A program made the position numbers and the translations under genes. DNA of 64,000 bases from Ginglymostoma cirratum (taxonomy: Eukaryota), in assembly GCA_024137785.1 (NCBI GenBank), contig JAHRHZ010000019.1, positions 26,096,327 to 26,160,326 on the forward strand, in the 5' to 3' direction. Shown one piece after another: positions 13,058 through 26,988 of this stretch. The notes under the pieces are model-generated. The model worked only from the letters and a program-made list of their open reading frames with translations, was not told where the DNA came from and ran no database searches. Positions within the stretch are counted from its first letter, which is position 1. Each line of letters starts with the position of its first letter.

Positions 13058-14443
13058 AAGTGTCAAAAGCTTTAGTTACAACTCTATTACAGACACTTAC
13101 GTAGTTTGGGCTTCATCATGAACACACTTTGCACCTTTGTGCCAATGAACTGGTTAATTGTTTCACTTGGTTGCTTTCTCCGGGCATAAGGTTGAGTCTC
13201 TGGATTACAAAGTCTAATCTAACCTTCAACTGACGGTATGTAAGTTTAAAAATCTTTTCAGTGTCTTGTTGTCACTATTGGAGAAACCTAAAAAATTAAT
13301 CCTTCTCAAACCTTCATTTCCTGGACCAATGAGGATTTTGAATTCTTTCTTTTTTGGTTAGTCAATGTGGTAGAATTTGATCTTTATCTGAACAATTGGA
13401 ACTCTGCTATGAAGTCAGTAATTTGCCAATCCACGTTGAAAACATATACCTTATGTTTGTTGTATCCTTAATTTATTTGTAGAAATTTCTACACACCTGT
13501 GCTGAGCTGCCAACAGCTGAAATGTACTGGACTTTTTTATTTTATAAATGTGGCTACCGACAATCTTTTTTCTTACTGTGCTAGAAAATTGCTGCAACTA
13601 GATACAGTGTAGCAAATCAGTACTTGTTACTGACTATGGGTTGCAATCTCATTGATTTCAATGGGTTTTAAGATGTTTGCTATTCTTGCCAAAATTAGGA
13701 CACAAAATAGAGTCTCGTGCATCTTCCTTGCACTTCATTCCTCTTCCTGCAAATTAAAGTGGTGGGATTGAGTGGTGATTTGATGGAGGAGTGTGCTAAA
13801 AGCACTGAGACCACTCCTAGCATTTCTGCTCACTCTTTGGCTGGGGATTGCTATCAAAACAGTGTTGAGTTGTGTAACATGGAGTACTGTTGGATTTTTG
13901 TCATTGCATGTAAGTCACAGATCTGCTCATGTGGATAACAGTGATAGATCTACCAATTACAGCCTGGAAAACCTAAATGACTAATTTTGGCCTCCTGACC
14001 TTGAAGCTGTGTCAACAATGGATGGATACTATGCTTGGATTCAGGCACTTCTCTGCTTTTTTTTAAGTTATTGGGTCTGTTCCACCAAGCATATTAGCTC
14101 GCAAACTAATTGAGCATACTCCTACTAAATAGAGTATACACACAGATCATTCTTCTCCCATGGAGGTCGTTTTGCTACAAAATATGTTGATACACTTTTA
14201 TTCTGCATGTTGCTTGACTGTAGACTTTAGTCCTGGGCTCAGCATTGCTATTGTCACAGAGATGGTGAGTTGTGACTGGTAAGACTATGGTGACAATGAT
14301 GATGGCCTCTAGAGTTATAACGAGGTTTGGAATATTTCAAATAAGGAGTCTTCTTTGATTTCTATTCACTATTCTTCCAACACTGCACACTAGCTGTCAC
14401 CAATTCTACCAGCAGCGCCACAATGTGTCTTTGTGTTATTATG

Positions 14444-14643
14444 ATGTGGAGGTGCTGGTGTTGGGCTGGGATGGTGAAAGTCAGAAATCACATGACACCA
14501 GGTTATAGTGCAACGGGTTTATTTGAAAACACAAGCTTTCGGTGCCTCAATCTATCACCTGAAGGAGGACTGAGGCTCCAAAAACTTGTGTTTTCAAATA
14601 AACCCGTTGCACTATAACCTGGTGTCATGTGATTTCTGACTTT
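14444..14643. mobile_element. Penelope-derived fold-back mini-element with 59-bp perfect arms and 15-bp flanking direct repeat
   Basis: 14477-14535 is the exact reverse complement of 14585-14643. ctttgtgttattatg at 14429-14443 and 14640-14654. Confidence 0.85.
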
Positions 14644-14859
14644 GTGTTATTATGTTAGATCTTATAACATGAACACTCAGTTGGCATTATTAGAGAGAAC
14701 AAGTATCAGAAGGTTTATTTGCAAAACAAGCAAATCCACTACAACTCCATCACAGACATCTATACGGTCTGGATTCTATCACTTAAGAGGATTGGTTGAC
14801 TAATAACTTACTATCTTGATGTATTCCAAAACACAGTCCCAAATGAAATGAATGAAACC

Positions 14860-15460
14860 AAATGGGGCACCTGGTATCAAGCTAGGCACCAGAAATAACA
14901 ATGGCAAAAACAGTTCTGTTGACTCTGTAAAGACTACCTTCCTAACATCAAGGGGCAAGTGCCAAAATTAGGACAGCTGTCTTACAGATTAGTCAAATAA
15001 ACATTGCGGCTATCAGAGCAGGTCAGAAGCCAGGAATCCTGCACTGAGAAAATCACCTCCAGACTTCCCAATGCCTGGCTGCCTCTACAATGCACGAGTC
15101 AGGAGTTGCTTGGATGAGTGCAGAATACTTGATTGGCACCACATTCCCAAGAATTCCATCCCTCTAACATTGACATTCAGGCGTAGTATCTACAAGATAC
15201 ACTGTAGAAATTCACCAAGGATTCTTGATCAGCACCTTCCAAACACGTAACCACTTCCACCTTGAAGCACAAGAATAGCAGATACATGGGAACACTGCCA
15301 CCTGCAAATTTCCCTCCAAGCTACTTACCATCCTGACTTGGAAATATAAGAACAAAAGAACTAGGAGCAGGAGCAAATAATTCAACCCTTAAAGTCTGCT
15401 CTGCTATTTAATAAATGCCAGCCCAGCCAGAAATGCCCGCATCCAATGAATGCATTAAAA
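14860..15460 (+). mobile_element. Internally deleted CR1-group LINE (same family as 43703-45250)
   Basis: cagcaccttccaaacacgtaaccacttccac...ttaccatcctgacttggaaatat and the terminus gcccagccagaaatgcccgcatccaatgaatg are reverse complements of the 43703-44050 sequence. Confidence 0.75.
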
Positions 15461-16148
15461 ACATGTTTAGGTTGCTGATGGTCTGGTACACTGGTCCATG
15501 TGTACAGGTTACAGGGCACGTACATTTTTGTGCATGTGGTTATTCTCTGGGAAATATCAAGGCAAACCCCCTCAGAAGCTTCTTGTGATAGCAGCTAGAT
15601 CAGCATTTCAGGTACCACACTGGATGCACAACAAGGTCTTTTCTAGAAATGGAAGGGCTGAGCTATTAACCAGTTGGGTGGATATCAACTCTCACTGCAT
15701 CCAAAATACTGCTCAAACTGAAAGTAGCTGTTTGACAAACATAAAGTCCAGGCAGGAAACCTACTTTGATTGGCTGAAACCATGTGGCTTCAACGAAAAA
15801 CCTTGTGATAAAATATTGTTCCAGTGTCCAAAGTGACCATTTTTCTTAAAGAAAAGAAACAATTCAGGCATTCACAGAATGTGAAATAAATCTGTTATCC
15901 CACAACTTTTCAGAATACAAGTCCTCAAAAAAGAAATCTGAAGCCTTTTTTAAATAAAGTTTAAAAATGAATACTTGCAGATCAGAATGAGTGTTTGCAC
16001 CACAGTGAACTGTAAGAAATTGGATGTGCATTAATGATACCTTTTGGAAGATGTGTAGAATTGATATGCATACTATGAGGCAACTTCAGCAGAAAAACGT
16101 TTTCTTTCTCTGTATGAAAAAATGTATATAAGCAATCCTGGAAGCATT

Positions 16149-16248
16149 TGAAAAAGGGTCACTCAACCCGAAAAGTTAATGCTGATTTCTCTCCACAGAT
16201 GCTGCCAGACTTGCTAAGCTTTTCCAGCAATTTCTGTTCTTGTTTCTG
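16149..16248 (+). mobile_element. Penelope-like terminal fragment
   Basis: gaaaaagggtcactcaacccgaaaagttaa (hammerhead helix II-GAAA remnant) then ctctccacagatgctgccagacttgctaagcttttccagcaa, as at 62300-62390. Confidence 0.7.
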
Positions 16249-17269
16249 GAAACATTTAGGTCACCTAGGTTAGGTTACTATGTTGACATGGAGGAAGAGC
16301 CAGAAGAGAGTCTCCTTTCAGTCCAGCTAGGGAGTAGGATGCCACCTTCATGAGCTATTGAGCTCAACACACTCTGTGCCAATTGTCATTTGTCCTCTGC
16401 TTTCAGTGAAGTGCCCTCAATTGTCATATATTGATTGTATAGTTTTACTGTTTCTTTATCTAATCCACCAGAACTACAGTACTGCTTTTTAAAAAATTTA
16501 ATCAACAACGTTAAAATGAGTTACAAATATTCAACTTCCTCTTTTTAGGTAACTGATTTCTCCTAATCTGAGACTTTACACCAGGAGCCACAGCTACCAT
16601 AGTGAAATCTAAAACGATAGAATTATTTGAGTCTAATGTCGTAGCACCACTAATGTTGCAAAACCAGAAATAAGATGATTAAAGATCATTTAAAAGCCTA
16701 AACAGATGGAGGTTAACAAATTAGATTGAAAAAAGATGATTGAGGCCATTATAAGATTGGGAGTTTCATAATTTAAACTATGGTTCAGACAAAAATAATC
16801 TATTAAGGCTACATGAACTAGGTTTTATTTGAGGAAGTCATTGAAAGAGATAAGCATTGTTTATTTGCCCGTGAAAGGCAGGAAATATTCCATTTTGCCA
16901 CAAGACCAGGAAACTTCCATTTTGCCTGCAGAATGTGGGAACCTTTTATTTTGGCTGCATTAGACATGCAGCTTTCATTTTGACCCTATTGAGCAGTACA
17001 GAAATTTGGCACTCTTATATTACACAGGCTAAAAGTCTTCTAAGGCACGGAAAATGAAACAATATTTCTATTTGGACGAATCAAAGTCTATTTGGCAAAG
17101 ATAATGAAACAGCATTGCTATACAGCAGGCTTAAACACTTCCTTCAAAACAACCAGAATAAAGCAGCATTGAGATACTACAAAACTGAAAAGTTTTAAAC
17201 AAAGCATACATTATCAGTTAAGAAGAAATGGCGGGAAAAATAATACTGTCTAACAGATTTTCTTTCAGC

Positions 17270-17487
17270 AGAATTCACTGCCACAGAAGGCTGTGGAGGT
17301 CAGGTCATTGAGTACATTTAAGACTGATATAGATAGGTTCTTGATTATTAAGGGGATCAAGGGTTACGGAGAGAAAGTGGGAGAATGTGGTTGAGGAACT
17401 TATCAGCCATGTTTGAATGGCGGAGCAGACCCAATGGGCCAAATGGCCTAATTTCTACTCCTATGTCTTATGGCTTTATGGACTTAT
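17270..17487 (+). mobile_element. CR1 LINE 3' end
   Basis: gaattcactgccacagaaggctgtggagg...cctatgtcttatggctttatgg, similar to 35530-35735. Confidence 0.9.
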
Positions 17488-17749
17488 GTTAGACGGAATG
17501 AAACATTTGATTGGACACCTTGGAGAAAATAGTTCTTAAGATGCAGAATATCTTCTAAGCTAAATATTAAATCACAAGCTGAACAAATAGGTACACAATT
17601 ATATTCCAAAGGTTCCACAGCTGATAATGCTAAAGCCTATCAAAACAAAAAAAAAAGCACAAACAGATCAGTGGAAAACTGTGATATGGAGTTTTGAAAT
17701 CAGCGAGCATTACAGACATTCTCTCCAATGCATCCATGCCCTTCTGGTA

Positions 17750-18250
17750 GTGTGTCAACAAGATCTGCACAGAATATTCCCAATGTGACCTAACTATGGT
17801 TTATGCAGTTGTAACATAACTTGCCAATTTTTATATTTGATGATGGCAAGCGTGTTAAATACCTTCTTGACCACCTTATCCACAAGTTGCTACCATTAGG
17901 GATCTGTGCATCTATTTGCCCAGATCTCTCTGTATGTCAATGCTCCTAAGGGTTCTGCCATTTATTGTATAATTTACATTTGAATTTGATCTTCCAAAAT
18001 GTGTCACCTCAAATTTGTCTGAATTAAACCCATGTGCCATTTCTCTGCCCTAATCTACAATCTATCTATATTCTTTGACAATCCTCATTATCTGCAACTC
18101 TGCCAATTTTGGTGTCATCCACAATTAATTAATCAGACCACCTACATTTTCCTCCAGATCATTTATATATAGTGCAAACAACAAAGGTCCCAGCATTGAA
18201 CCCTGTGGAATCAGATCTCCATTCTGAAAAGTACACTTCCACTGCTACTC
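17750..18250 (-). mobile_element. Degenerate CR1 RT fragment
   Basis: ccaattttggtgtcatccac (antisense of the FADDTK motif) and acaaaggtcccagcattgaaccctgtgga (antisense of PQGSVLGP). Confidence 0.75.
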
Positions 18251-19864
18251 TCTATTTTTCACATAAAATGGATGTGTTGCATAATTTCAACACGATTTCT
18301 TCCACACCCATGAAAATCAATTTGATCCCTGATTACCTTCAATTAAATACTATAATTAGGCCATACATACCAGTTGTGAGATTTATTAAATAGTAAGAAT
18401 TATACCTCATGAAGATAACTCCTGTAGGGATCTTCCTAATTTTAAAATCCATTTGATTGCGTGAAAGGTTATAAGTAACACATAGCCTTGAAAAGTCAGG
18501 GTTGTGCTGCAATTCTGTTAATTTTGTGGAGAGAAATAAGAAATGATCTATTTTAAATTTTTACTTTTTCAACCTATGAATGACTGCAAGAGAAAAGAGG
18601 AAGAAGTGCACAAATGAACATGGAGGACACAGGAGAATTCATGCAATACATATGAGTTTCTTCTCTCGCACTACCACATAAAGGTTGGGAACAGCTGAAA
18701 ATTTAATTCAAGAGAGGCTATCACTTTGATTTTTATTCTTTTTTCCAAGCTGATCTCTTGTGGCATTATTCATGGTAAATTGGATGAAATAGTTTTTATA
18801 TGTCGAGATTTAGATCCTTTCCATGTTGGCTTATTTCGTTCTTTGGTTCTCCTTTTACCTGCTACATTTCCTCATAAGATAATGCCCTCACCACTACTTC
18901 TCCTCACATTACCATTACGTGGTTCTTTTCCACTAACAGTGGCCAACCCCACCTGTCATCCTGCAATAGTTATTATCTGTTTTGTGACAGCCTTTTGCTC
19001 TCCATTATGAATCCCTAGTGCCCTGTGCACCTTGATCTTTCTCACAACAGTGTAGCCTTTAGATGGTAAAAGCATGCTTCTTCAATTTATTTCAAGATTT
19101 GAAAATCCAGGTTCGACTTTGTTGAAGTTTCCATTTGTCATTGATTAGCAATATTTATATTAGTTAATGCTAAATATTAGTAAACTATCATAGATATGAT
19201 CACTTAAATAGGAATAATAAATGCTTGTTTCCTACTCCAGCGCCAATCAAATATATAAGTCACACCAAAGAAAATTACTAAGATAATTAATTGCATGATT
19301 TGGGACTTCTGTTTGTGTCAATTATATGAGAGGATTTCCCAATATTCAGTTTAGTTGTATGTGGAGTATAAGACAAAGACAAATTAAAACTGTTATTTTG
19401 TGTCTCGGATTCTGGAGGAAACAATTAAATCTAAAAACAAATGCCCATAAGTGATCCATGGATAATGATTCAATTTAAAGTGTAATAACAAATTTGCTGT
19501 CATTTTGATGTAAGTTATATTTAATTGATTAATGATGCAGTTGATTATAACTGAAGTAGCGTAGGCCGACCTTTACAGATTAACAGTGACTTGTGATAAC
19601 AGCCTATCACTGAAAAAAATATTGACACTAAGAGAGAGAAATGGATTGATTATAAAAGAGACATTTTGAGTGACAAGATTAAAAGTGGCCTGTAAGTGCA
19701 GCTGAACCTGTCATCTCTCAAATTTCATCTAATTCATTCATAAGAGCTGATTTTCTCTGTTTTTCACTGCTGTTAGTAGACTGATAATGGCCTCAAAGTA
19801 GGGTACATAGACTTACTGACGACGATTGTTGAAGTTGAAAAGGGCCTACTGCCAGGTGACCAAA

Positions 19865-20219
19865 GCAGCATGGGTGGCTCAGTGGTTAGCACTGCTGCAT
19901 CACAGCAGTTGACAGCAGGACCGGGGTTGAATTCCAGTCACAGGTATCTGTCTGTGGAGTTTGCACGTTCTCCCCATGATTGCATGGGTGTCTCTGGGTG
20001 CTGCAGTTTCCTCCCACAGTCCAAAGATCTGTAGGTTAGGTGGATTGGCCATGCTACATTGCTGTACAGTGCCCAGGGATGTGTAGGCTAGGTGGGCTAG
20101 CCATGGGAATTGCAGGGATAGGGTAGGGAATCGGGTCTGGATGGGATGCTCTTCGGAGGGTTGGTCTGGATTCAATGGGCCGAATGGCCTGCTTCCGCAT
20201 TGTACGGATTCTATGGTTC
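19865..20219 (+). mobile_element. HE1 SINE, near full length
   Basis: tRNA-derived head ggtggctcagtggttagcactgctgc, HE1 body, tail ggattctatggttc. Confidence 0.92.
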
Positions 20220-23200
20220 CAAAGCAGCTGTCTGCTTAACATAAAGACTCATCTTAATTTGAGAATAGTGAAAGGGGAGGTCTGCCAGCAGAAACAAAAT
20301 CCCAAATTCTTCCTTAGTTGAGAAGCTGCCAAGGCTGTTCATGGGTGTTGGAATCCAAGTGTCTCAATGAATGTGTCAAACTGTTAATATGGACTCGGGA
20401 GACCCCAGTACCTATAAAAGTTATCTGAATAGTTGCCATCTTACAACACTATTTAACTCTATTGCTGGCAGTTGCTCCGGCCCAATGTTGACACCTTGAT
20501 CTGAAAGGCTGCATCAGGATGTCTGATTAGTGTTGCGCAGCTCACCAATAAAATTTAATTAATGCATGGGCTTGCAAATCCCCTGGAGTCTTTTCACTGC
20601 TGCAAGGGGCAGCTGTCCACTTGTCAGTCATTCAGAAGTCAAAATCAATGCCACAGTCCTTAACATGGGATCTGGGTGGATTATCCATATTAATAGTAGT
20701 CTTGTATCAGCACAAATTTGAAAATCACATCGTCTGTGTAACTTTCAGATACACCCTCATGCTGTCACTTCAGGCAACATGTCTGAATGTGGAAACATAA
20801 CTATTTCATCACCATATTTCCCTTCCATTCGCCTTGACTTTTCAGCCCATAGTCAACAGAGAGAACTTGATGCAAATTGGTACAAGGGAAGAGAGAATTT
20901 GAACATTAAAGACTAACCTATCACCCCACCCCCTCCAAATTTTATCTTCACTCCATGCGCCTCACTTGCTTTCACTAAGATAAAGGAAATTATGTAGACC
21001 TCTAGACTTGAACTTGTTCAAGCTTGATGTCAATGTTATTCCATTATTAGCTAATATACTCCTATAAATAACTTCTTTAAGATGGCACCAAAGCTTTTTA
21101 ACCATCCATCATCTGACCCCTTACTTGCCCCCAGCATCCTTCGTTCCTAAGACAGAGTGCTTCACTGCAACGGTGTTTTAAGTGTGATGATATTTAGCAC
21201 ATCTTGACAACAGCAACCCTGCGTGGCTGAATGACAGTCACGGCTGGGATTTGAACCCAAGTCATGGTTGGCAGTCCAATGTTCTACTGCTAGGATTACC
21301 TTTCCGCGTAGTCCCATCCACTTAACGAGAGAATTAACTTTCTTTGCTCATGGGTAATAAATTTTACGTGAAACTACTTTATGCTGAAAAAGTTATTAGA
21401 TATGATGATACTGATGGATGTTTTCTGCAGCATTTTAACAAAAGTTGCACTCAGGAGGCATGTGCTATAAAATTGCTGTATTTGTAAAGAAACCACTTCT
21501 ATTCCACCAATTCACTTCACAATCTGCATGTAGTTACAGGATTCCAAACATTTAAGCCATATCAAATTTCCTACTTTATTTAGATTCAAGTTGAAACAGC
21601 ACTCTGACAATTCAAGTCTAAATATCTGAAACAAGAGTCCCTTTCTCATAAATCGAATAAGTTCAAAACATAAAACAACAAGGGCTCAATTTGACTAACT
21701 TGCAACCATTGACTGTGACACAGGCAGCATATAAACTTTGTTGTTTTCAATGATTTCAGCATTCAACTGTGCTGTGAATTTGTTGGACACTCGAACAGGA
21801 GCACAACATTGTGTGTGGTTTGCCCCACTTAAAGTTAGATTTCACTTTTTAAAGATAACTTGCTCTTTTAAAGAAAACTTGTACTGAGGCTCATAAAGAA
21901 GCTGACAATCCTGAGGGAGATGAATTTGACCTGGGAATGACAGGAGAATACCACAGCCATAGAGAGAGCACGTTTCAATCCTTTTAGATGCTGCCAAGGA
22001 GGACGTGATAGCGCAAAGCTGGAGAGATACCCTGTATCCAGACAGAGTCATAAGGCCCTCCAGAAGAAAGTGCAGAATGTAAAGGGAATAAATAACTATT
22101 GATATTAACTGCAAGAATCAAGTCCAAGGATCTGGATGCAATGTCACTAAAACCTCATTAATCTTACATGATTGGGTTAGTGAATGTACCTTCAAATGCT
22201 ATATCTTATCAACTGGACTACTAAGCCCAGACAGTGCTCAATTCATCACAGCCTCACCTTTAACTTGTCAACAACCTCACAATCAGGACTCATACTTAGC
22301 ATTTACTAGCCAAACCAGACCTTCACACACAAACTTGACAACTACATCAACCAAACAAACTGTATGATCCTCATTGAAGCACATTCCTCTTTCTTGCAGT
22401 ACAAGGTAGAACACAATTAATGCAGTCAGTGGTATTACTGCAAAATGTATATCCTAATTTCCATGAAGGAGGTTATGCTGGATATTATTGAGACGCCCAT
22501 TGCTAAGGCCATCTCGAGTGGAAACACGGAAACAATTGAAGATAACAGTATCCTTATATCTAATATCCGTCTACCCTCCTCATACCATGCTCTCAAGTGA
22601 TTTACTGATTGCAGATGGCATAAACAAGTTTTACCTGACCACTCCCTTATCCTGCACTACAACCTTGACATGTGCCTTTCTCCTTTTAGATAGTCAAGAA
22701 GTGCAAAATGGTCAGATAGTGGAAGAACCACAAGAAGAGATGAGAAAACTATTGCTCCATCAAGTGGATTTATGCCACTCACATATTGACACGGATAGAG
22801 GCAAGGTCTGCAATGTGGAGAGAATGTAGTCTATCAACAATAAAGAGGCATTGTTAATGCAGGTGATAGCTTCCCAAAGGGTCAGATCCCTGATTCATTA
22901 TGCTACAGAAGACTCAGATGAGCACTTTAATGGGGTAGCAGACACAAAAAGTCTGAAGGTTATGCTCAATAAAATGATTGTTGCATCTGAAAGTCTGCCA
23001 GAAAACATTTGTTCATTTTCAAGAAGCATGCAATTTGGCATAGGGTTTTGCGCAGAACATGGAAAGTATGAGCGGTGGCCAGTTCCATTCAGCTACGGTG
23101 AATCTAACTGTCAAGTACAAAATGGTGGCTGACATCTCACTTTCAATTATAGCACAAACAGCTGCTTCCAGAAGTCTGAAAGCTGCAAGAGGGTTCAGAT

Positions 23201-24399
23201 TTCTATTGTGCTAGGTCAGCTTGTTGTAATCATGGTCAGACTTCACTCATGTGACAGTGAAATGTAAACTGAATTGTTGCAAATATCTCCAGTTGAAGTC
23301 TGGATAGCAGTAGGTACGTCAAGGTTAATTGCCAGATTCATCCTTTCAGGCACTGGAACTACTGCATTCCCCTTTTTTCTAAGTTGCAGTTTGCGGCAGA
23401 TCAGGACTCAGACAGAATGCCCTTACTGAAATGCAGATATTGAAGGCATGGAAGAGAATCTTCCAAGGCACTGACCAAAGTGGGCAATGGGTAAAAAAAT
23501 TTAGGAGAATTGGATGAGATCAGCAGTGAGGAGCCTCCCATTGTCAAGCGCAATAAGCCCCATTTTCCAATCAAGCTTTGAACATTGACACACATTTTTC
23601 GCTAGTGAACAGCAAAAAGTCGATTGTATGTATTAACATTTATTTTCAAGTGTCAACATTCTCATTGTTACGTCATCTCACCTCATTGACCTGAGGTTTC
23701 CGATTCTCCAACTTTACAGGTAGAAACTACAGAGCAGCAATGCTTAATGTGAAAGGTAGAAAACAATAGCTCGGTAAATCCAGGCCATTGCTTGCTCCTC
23801 TGACTCTCTATCGGTCATAAACACTTTTGAGCATGTTGCATGGGCAGTGACCACATTATGCCCCTATCCAGCAGGACCTCCATGTCCCTATTAGCAAAGC
23901 ATAGTCCTATTACCCTCTGACCACAGTCTTGGGCAAGTGAAATTAACCGTGCAGGGCAGCTATGGACTCCCTGCACTTAATTGGGTGCATGGCTGGGCTT
24001 TAAAGATGGAACCAGCATGAGAACTCCCAGGTGGTTCTGGCAGTAGCCAATACTTCCCCTGTAGCAAGTGGGAGAATACAAAAAGCAGGTTGCAATAGGG
24101 GAATGGAACATCGTTATTAAATGAATTCAGGAAGATAGAATAAAAAACCTCACTAGGGCTCATAGGGGGAAATTTTATATGAAATGTGCCAAAGCTGACA
24201 CTTCGCCAGTTTCTGGTAAGATTCAACTCATTTATCCACTGAGGGTCAGACAAGACAATTGCTCCCTGAACACCATGGCCTTCTCATTCTCACCTTCCCA
24301 GCAGTTTGTTCTGCTCTACATGGCATCTAAAGTGTGGGAAAAGGTAAAAGAAGAATCATAGAATGGAAGAGCTAGGACATAAGTGAAAATTCATAGAAA

Positions 24400-24712
24400 A
24401 TTTGACAGGACAGATACGAAGAGACCCAATTGGAGAGTCTATTATTAAGGATTATAGTTTCACAGCAAGGAAATGATGAGTTATGCTGAAATGATGAGAA
24501 ACTTCTTCATTCAAAAGGTTGTAAAACTTTGGAATCTTGACCACAAACAGCTTTGGCTGCTCAGTTGAAAAGTAGATGCAGGGTGAGATTGATAAATTTT
24601 TGAGCACAAATGAAATTAGCGAATATGACTTAGGGTGAAAATTGGCATCAGGGTTGGAATTCTGCCATTTTATGGCAGATAGGCTCAAGAAGCACATAGA
24701 CTAGTCCTGCTT
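24400..24712 (+). mobile_element. Old CR1 3' fragment
   Basis: gatgagaaacttcttcattcaaaaggttgtaaaactttggaatc...gagattgataaatttt resembles the CR1 C-terminus. Confidence 0.6.
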
Positions 24713-24724
24713 CAAATCATTATT

Positions 24725-24931
24725 ATCACCAAGTCACCCTTTTTTTACACATGGAGAGTCCTTAATACTGATCCAGCTTCCTTGGAATGATCTCTCAGAG
24801 TGAACAGAAGCTCTGACACTCCTGTTTATATTTGTCAGCCAGGACTCCCTGATTGGACCAGGTTAACAGCCTCAATCAGGGAACTGATATTCCATGAGGT
24901 CCACCTGGCTGACCTTGTTACAATCACTACA
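24725..24931 (-). mobile_element. Solo LTR (probably Ty3/gypsy), 3'-truncated
   Basis: Minus strand begins TGTAGTGATTGTAA and contains CCAAT and TATAAA. Homologous along its length to 37905-38140. Confidence 0.7.
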
Positions 24932-25081
24932 GTTTGAATCGAAGAGAAGAATATCAAAGCAATCAGAATGGCTTAGCCAAGAAAGAGGTTGATACCTTAA
25001 CAGAGATGGGGAAGAGATGTGAGAAAAACTGTAAAAATAAAACAAATTGCTTTAATAATGGTCAAGAAAGCATTCACATAG

Positions 25082-25713
25082 CTGAGATAAAAGGTACTGC
25101 AGATGCTGGAGAATCCGAGATAACAAGGTGTGGGGCTGAAGGAACACAGCAGGCCAAGCAGCATCTTGGAGCAGGAAAGCTTGACGTTTTGGGCCTATAC
25201 CCTTCATCAGAAATGGGGGAGGGGAAGAGGGTTCTGAAATAAGTAGGGAGAGAGGGGGAGGCGGATAGAAGATGGATAGAGGAGAAGATAGGTGGAGAGG
25301 AGGCAGACAAGTCAAAGAGGCGGGGATGGAGCCAGTAAAGGTGAGTGTAGGTGGGGGGGTAGGGAGGAGATAGGTCAGTCCAGGGAGGACAGACAGGTCA
25401 AGGGGGCGGGATGAGGTTAGTAGATAGGAGATGGGGGTGGGGCTTGAGGTGGGGGAAGGGGATAAGTGAGAGGAAGAACAGGTTAGGGAGGCGGGGACGA
25501 GCTGGGCTGGTTTTGGGATGTGGTTGGTGGAGGGGAGATTTTGAAGCTTGTGAGATCCACATTGATACCATTGGGCTGCAGGGTTCCCAGGCTGAATATG
25601 ATTTGCTGTTCTTGCAACCTTCGGGTGGCATCATTGTGGCATTGCAGGAGGCCCAGGATGGACATGTCGTCTGAGGAATGGGAGGGGGAGTTGAAATGGT
25701 TCGCGACTGGAAG
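25082..25713 (-). mobile_element. Penelope-like retroelement 3' fragment
   Basis: ORF 25483..25737 PVANHFNSPSHSSDDMSILGLLQCHNDATRRLQEQQIIFSLGTLQPNGINVD (GIY-YIG C-terminal half), pyrimidine-rich 3' region, hammerhead core at 25182-25211. Confidence 0.88.
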
Positions 25714-26988
25714 GTATCCACTTTGACTGCAGACCATTTACGGTCAATGAATTACAGGCTGTTTATAAAATATGTTTTAACCTTAAATAGCTTTGATTAA
25801 TTCTACTGTTTTAGCAGAATACAATTCAAATTTTTTGGCTGATTTTTCAATAGTTCATTTTTTCTTCCACTATCAACACTGTCAATAAGCTTCAGCTTCA
25901 TTTACACAGCATTACCGTTAAAAATAATCTATGTATTATGCCTCGGAATGATTTATCAAATTTGCTTCTTTAACGTGTATATCAAGCTCGTGCTTTAAAA
26001 GCTGATAGGTTGGAGGAGGAAAGAACAATTGAGGGAGACGAGTAGTTGAACAATTTTAAATCCCTAAGAACTCAATTGATTAGTAAAAATGCAATGAGCG
26101 CAGGAGCACGAACAATAGAAGATAGAGAATTAGAAGAAGAAAGGAACAATGATTATTGTAGCAGTGGTAAAAGCAAGAAATATTTTAATTGGAAAGGAAT
26201 AGGCAACAGATGAAATGTGAATTGGCTGCAAAATGATCATTACCTCATGTCTGACTTATTGGTGAGGGAACTTTGAAGTCTTGCACTATATTGCATGCTA
26301 TTTGATTACAGATTATATATACATGGTTGGTGTACTGTAATAAGTGGCTCACTCAGAACCCATCTTTAGGACAATTGACTGGAAGAGATGGCCAGCTGTC
26401 CTTTGTATAATGGAAAAAGCTAATTTATTTTTAATGACTTTTTTGACACAGCTCATTTGGTTTGCAAATGTGAATTACATTAATTAATTTAACTGCGGAT
26501 GTAAAAAGTGAGATAGTTTTCACAAAGGAAATGCATTATTCAGACAACACAGCTACAACTCCTTGCCATAGTCTACTGCGTATGTTGTTCTTGGATATCT
26601 AGTTCAACTTATTCATATGTAAGTTGCCTACATAAAAATCTGTTTGATGGAACATTTTCTGAATTTTCAGTCCAGTTGCTATAACTGCTGTGCAGTTTTG
26701 CTAGTCTGTAGACAAGTGATTTATACTTGCTGGCGGTAAGCAATGAATTGTGCCTTTGTTTCTCTGGTTGCTTAATGTGATCATTAAATCTTTTCTTCTC
26801 TCTGCCCCTTCCAGAAATTAGATAGGAACATAGGATTTAGGAGTGGATATAGCTCATTTAGTGCTTTTAGTATGGCCCGTCATTCAACAAGGGCATGGCT
26901 GATCTGCTTGTGGTCTTGACTCCACTCACGTTTCTTCTTGTCATTCAACTTTACCAATTTGCCTTGGCACTTGTTGACCACTGAGGGA

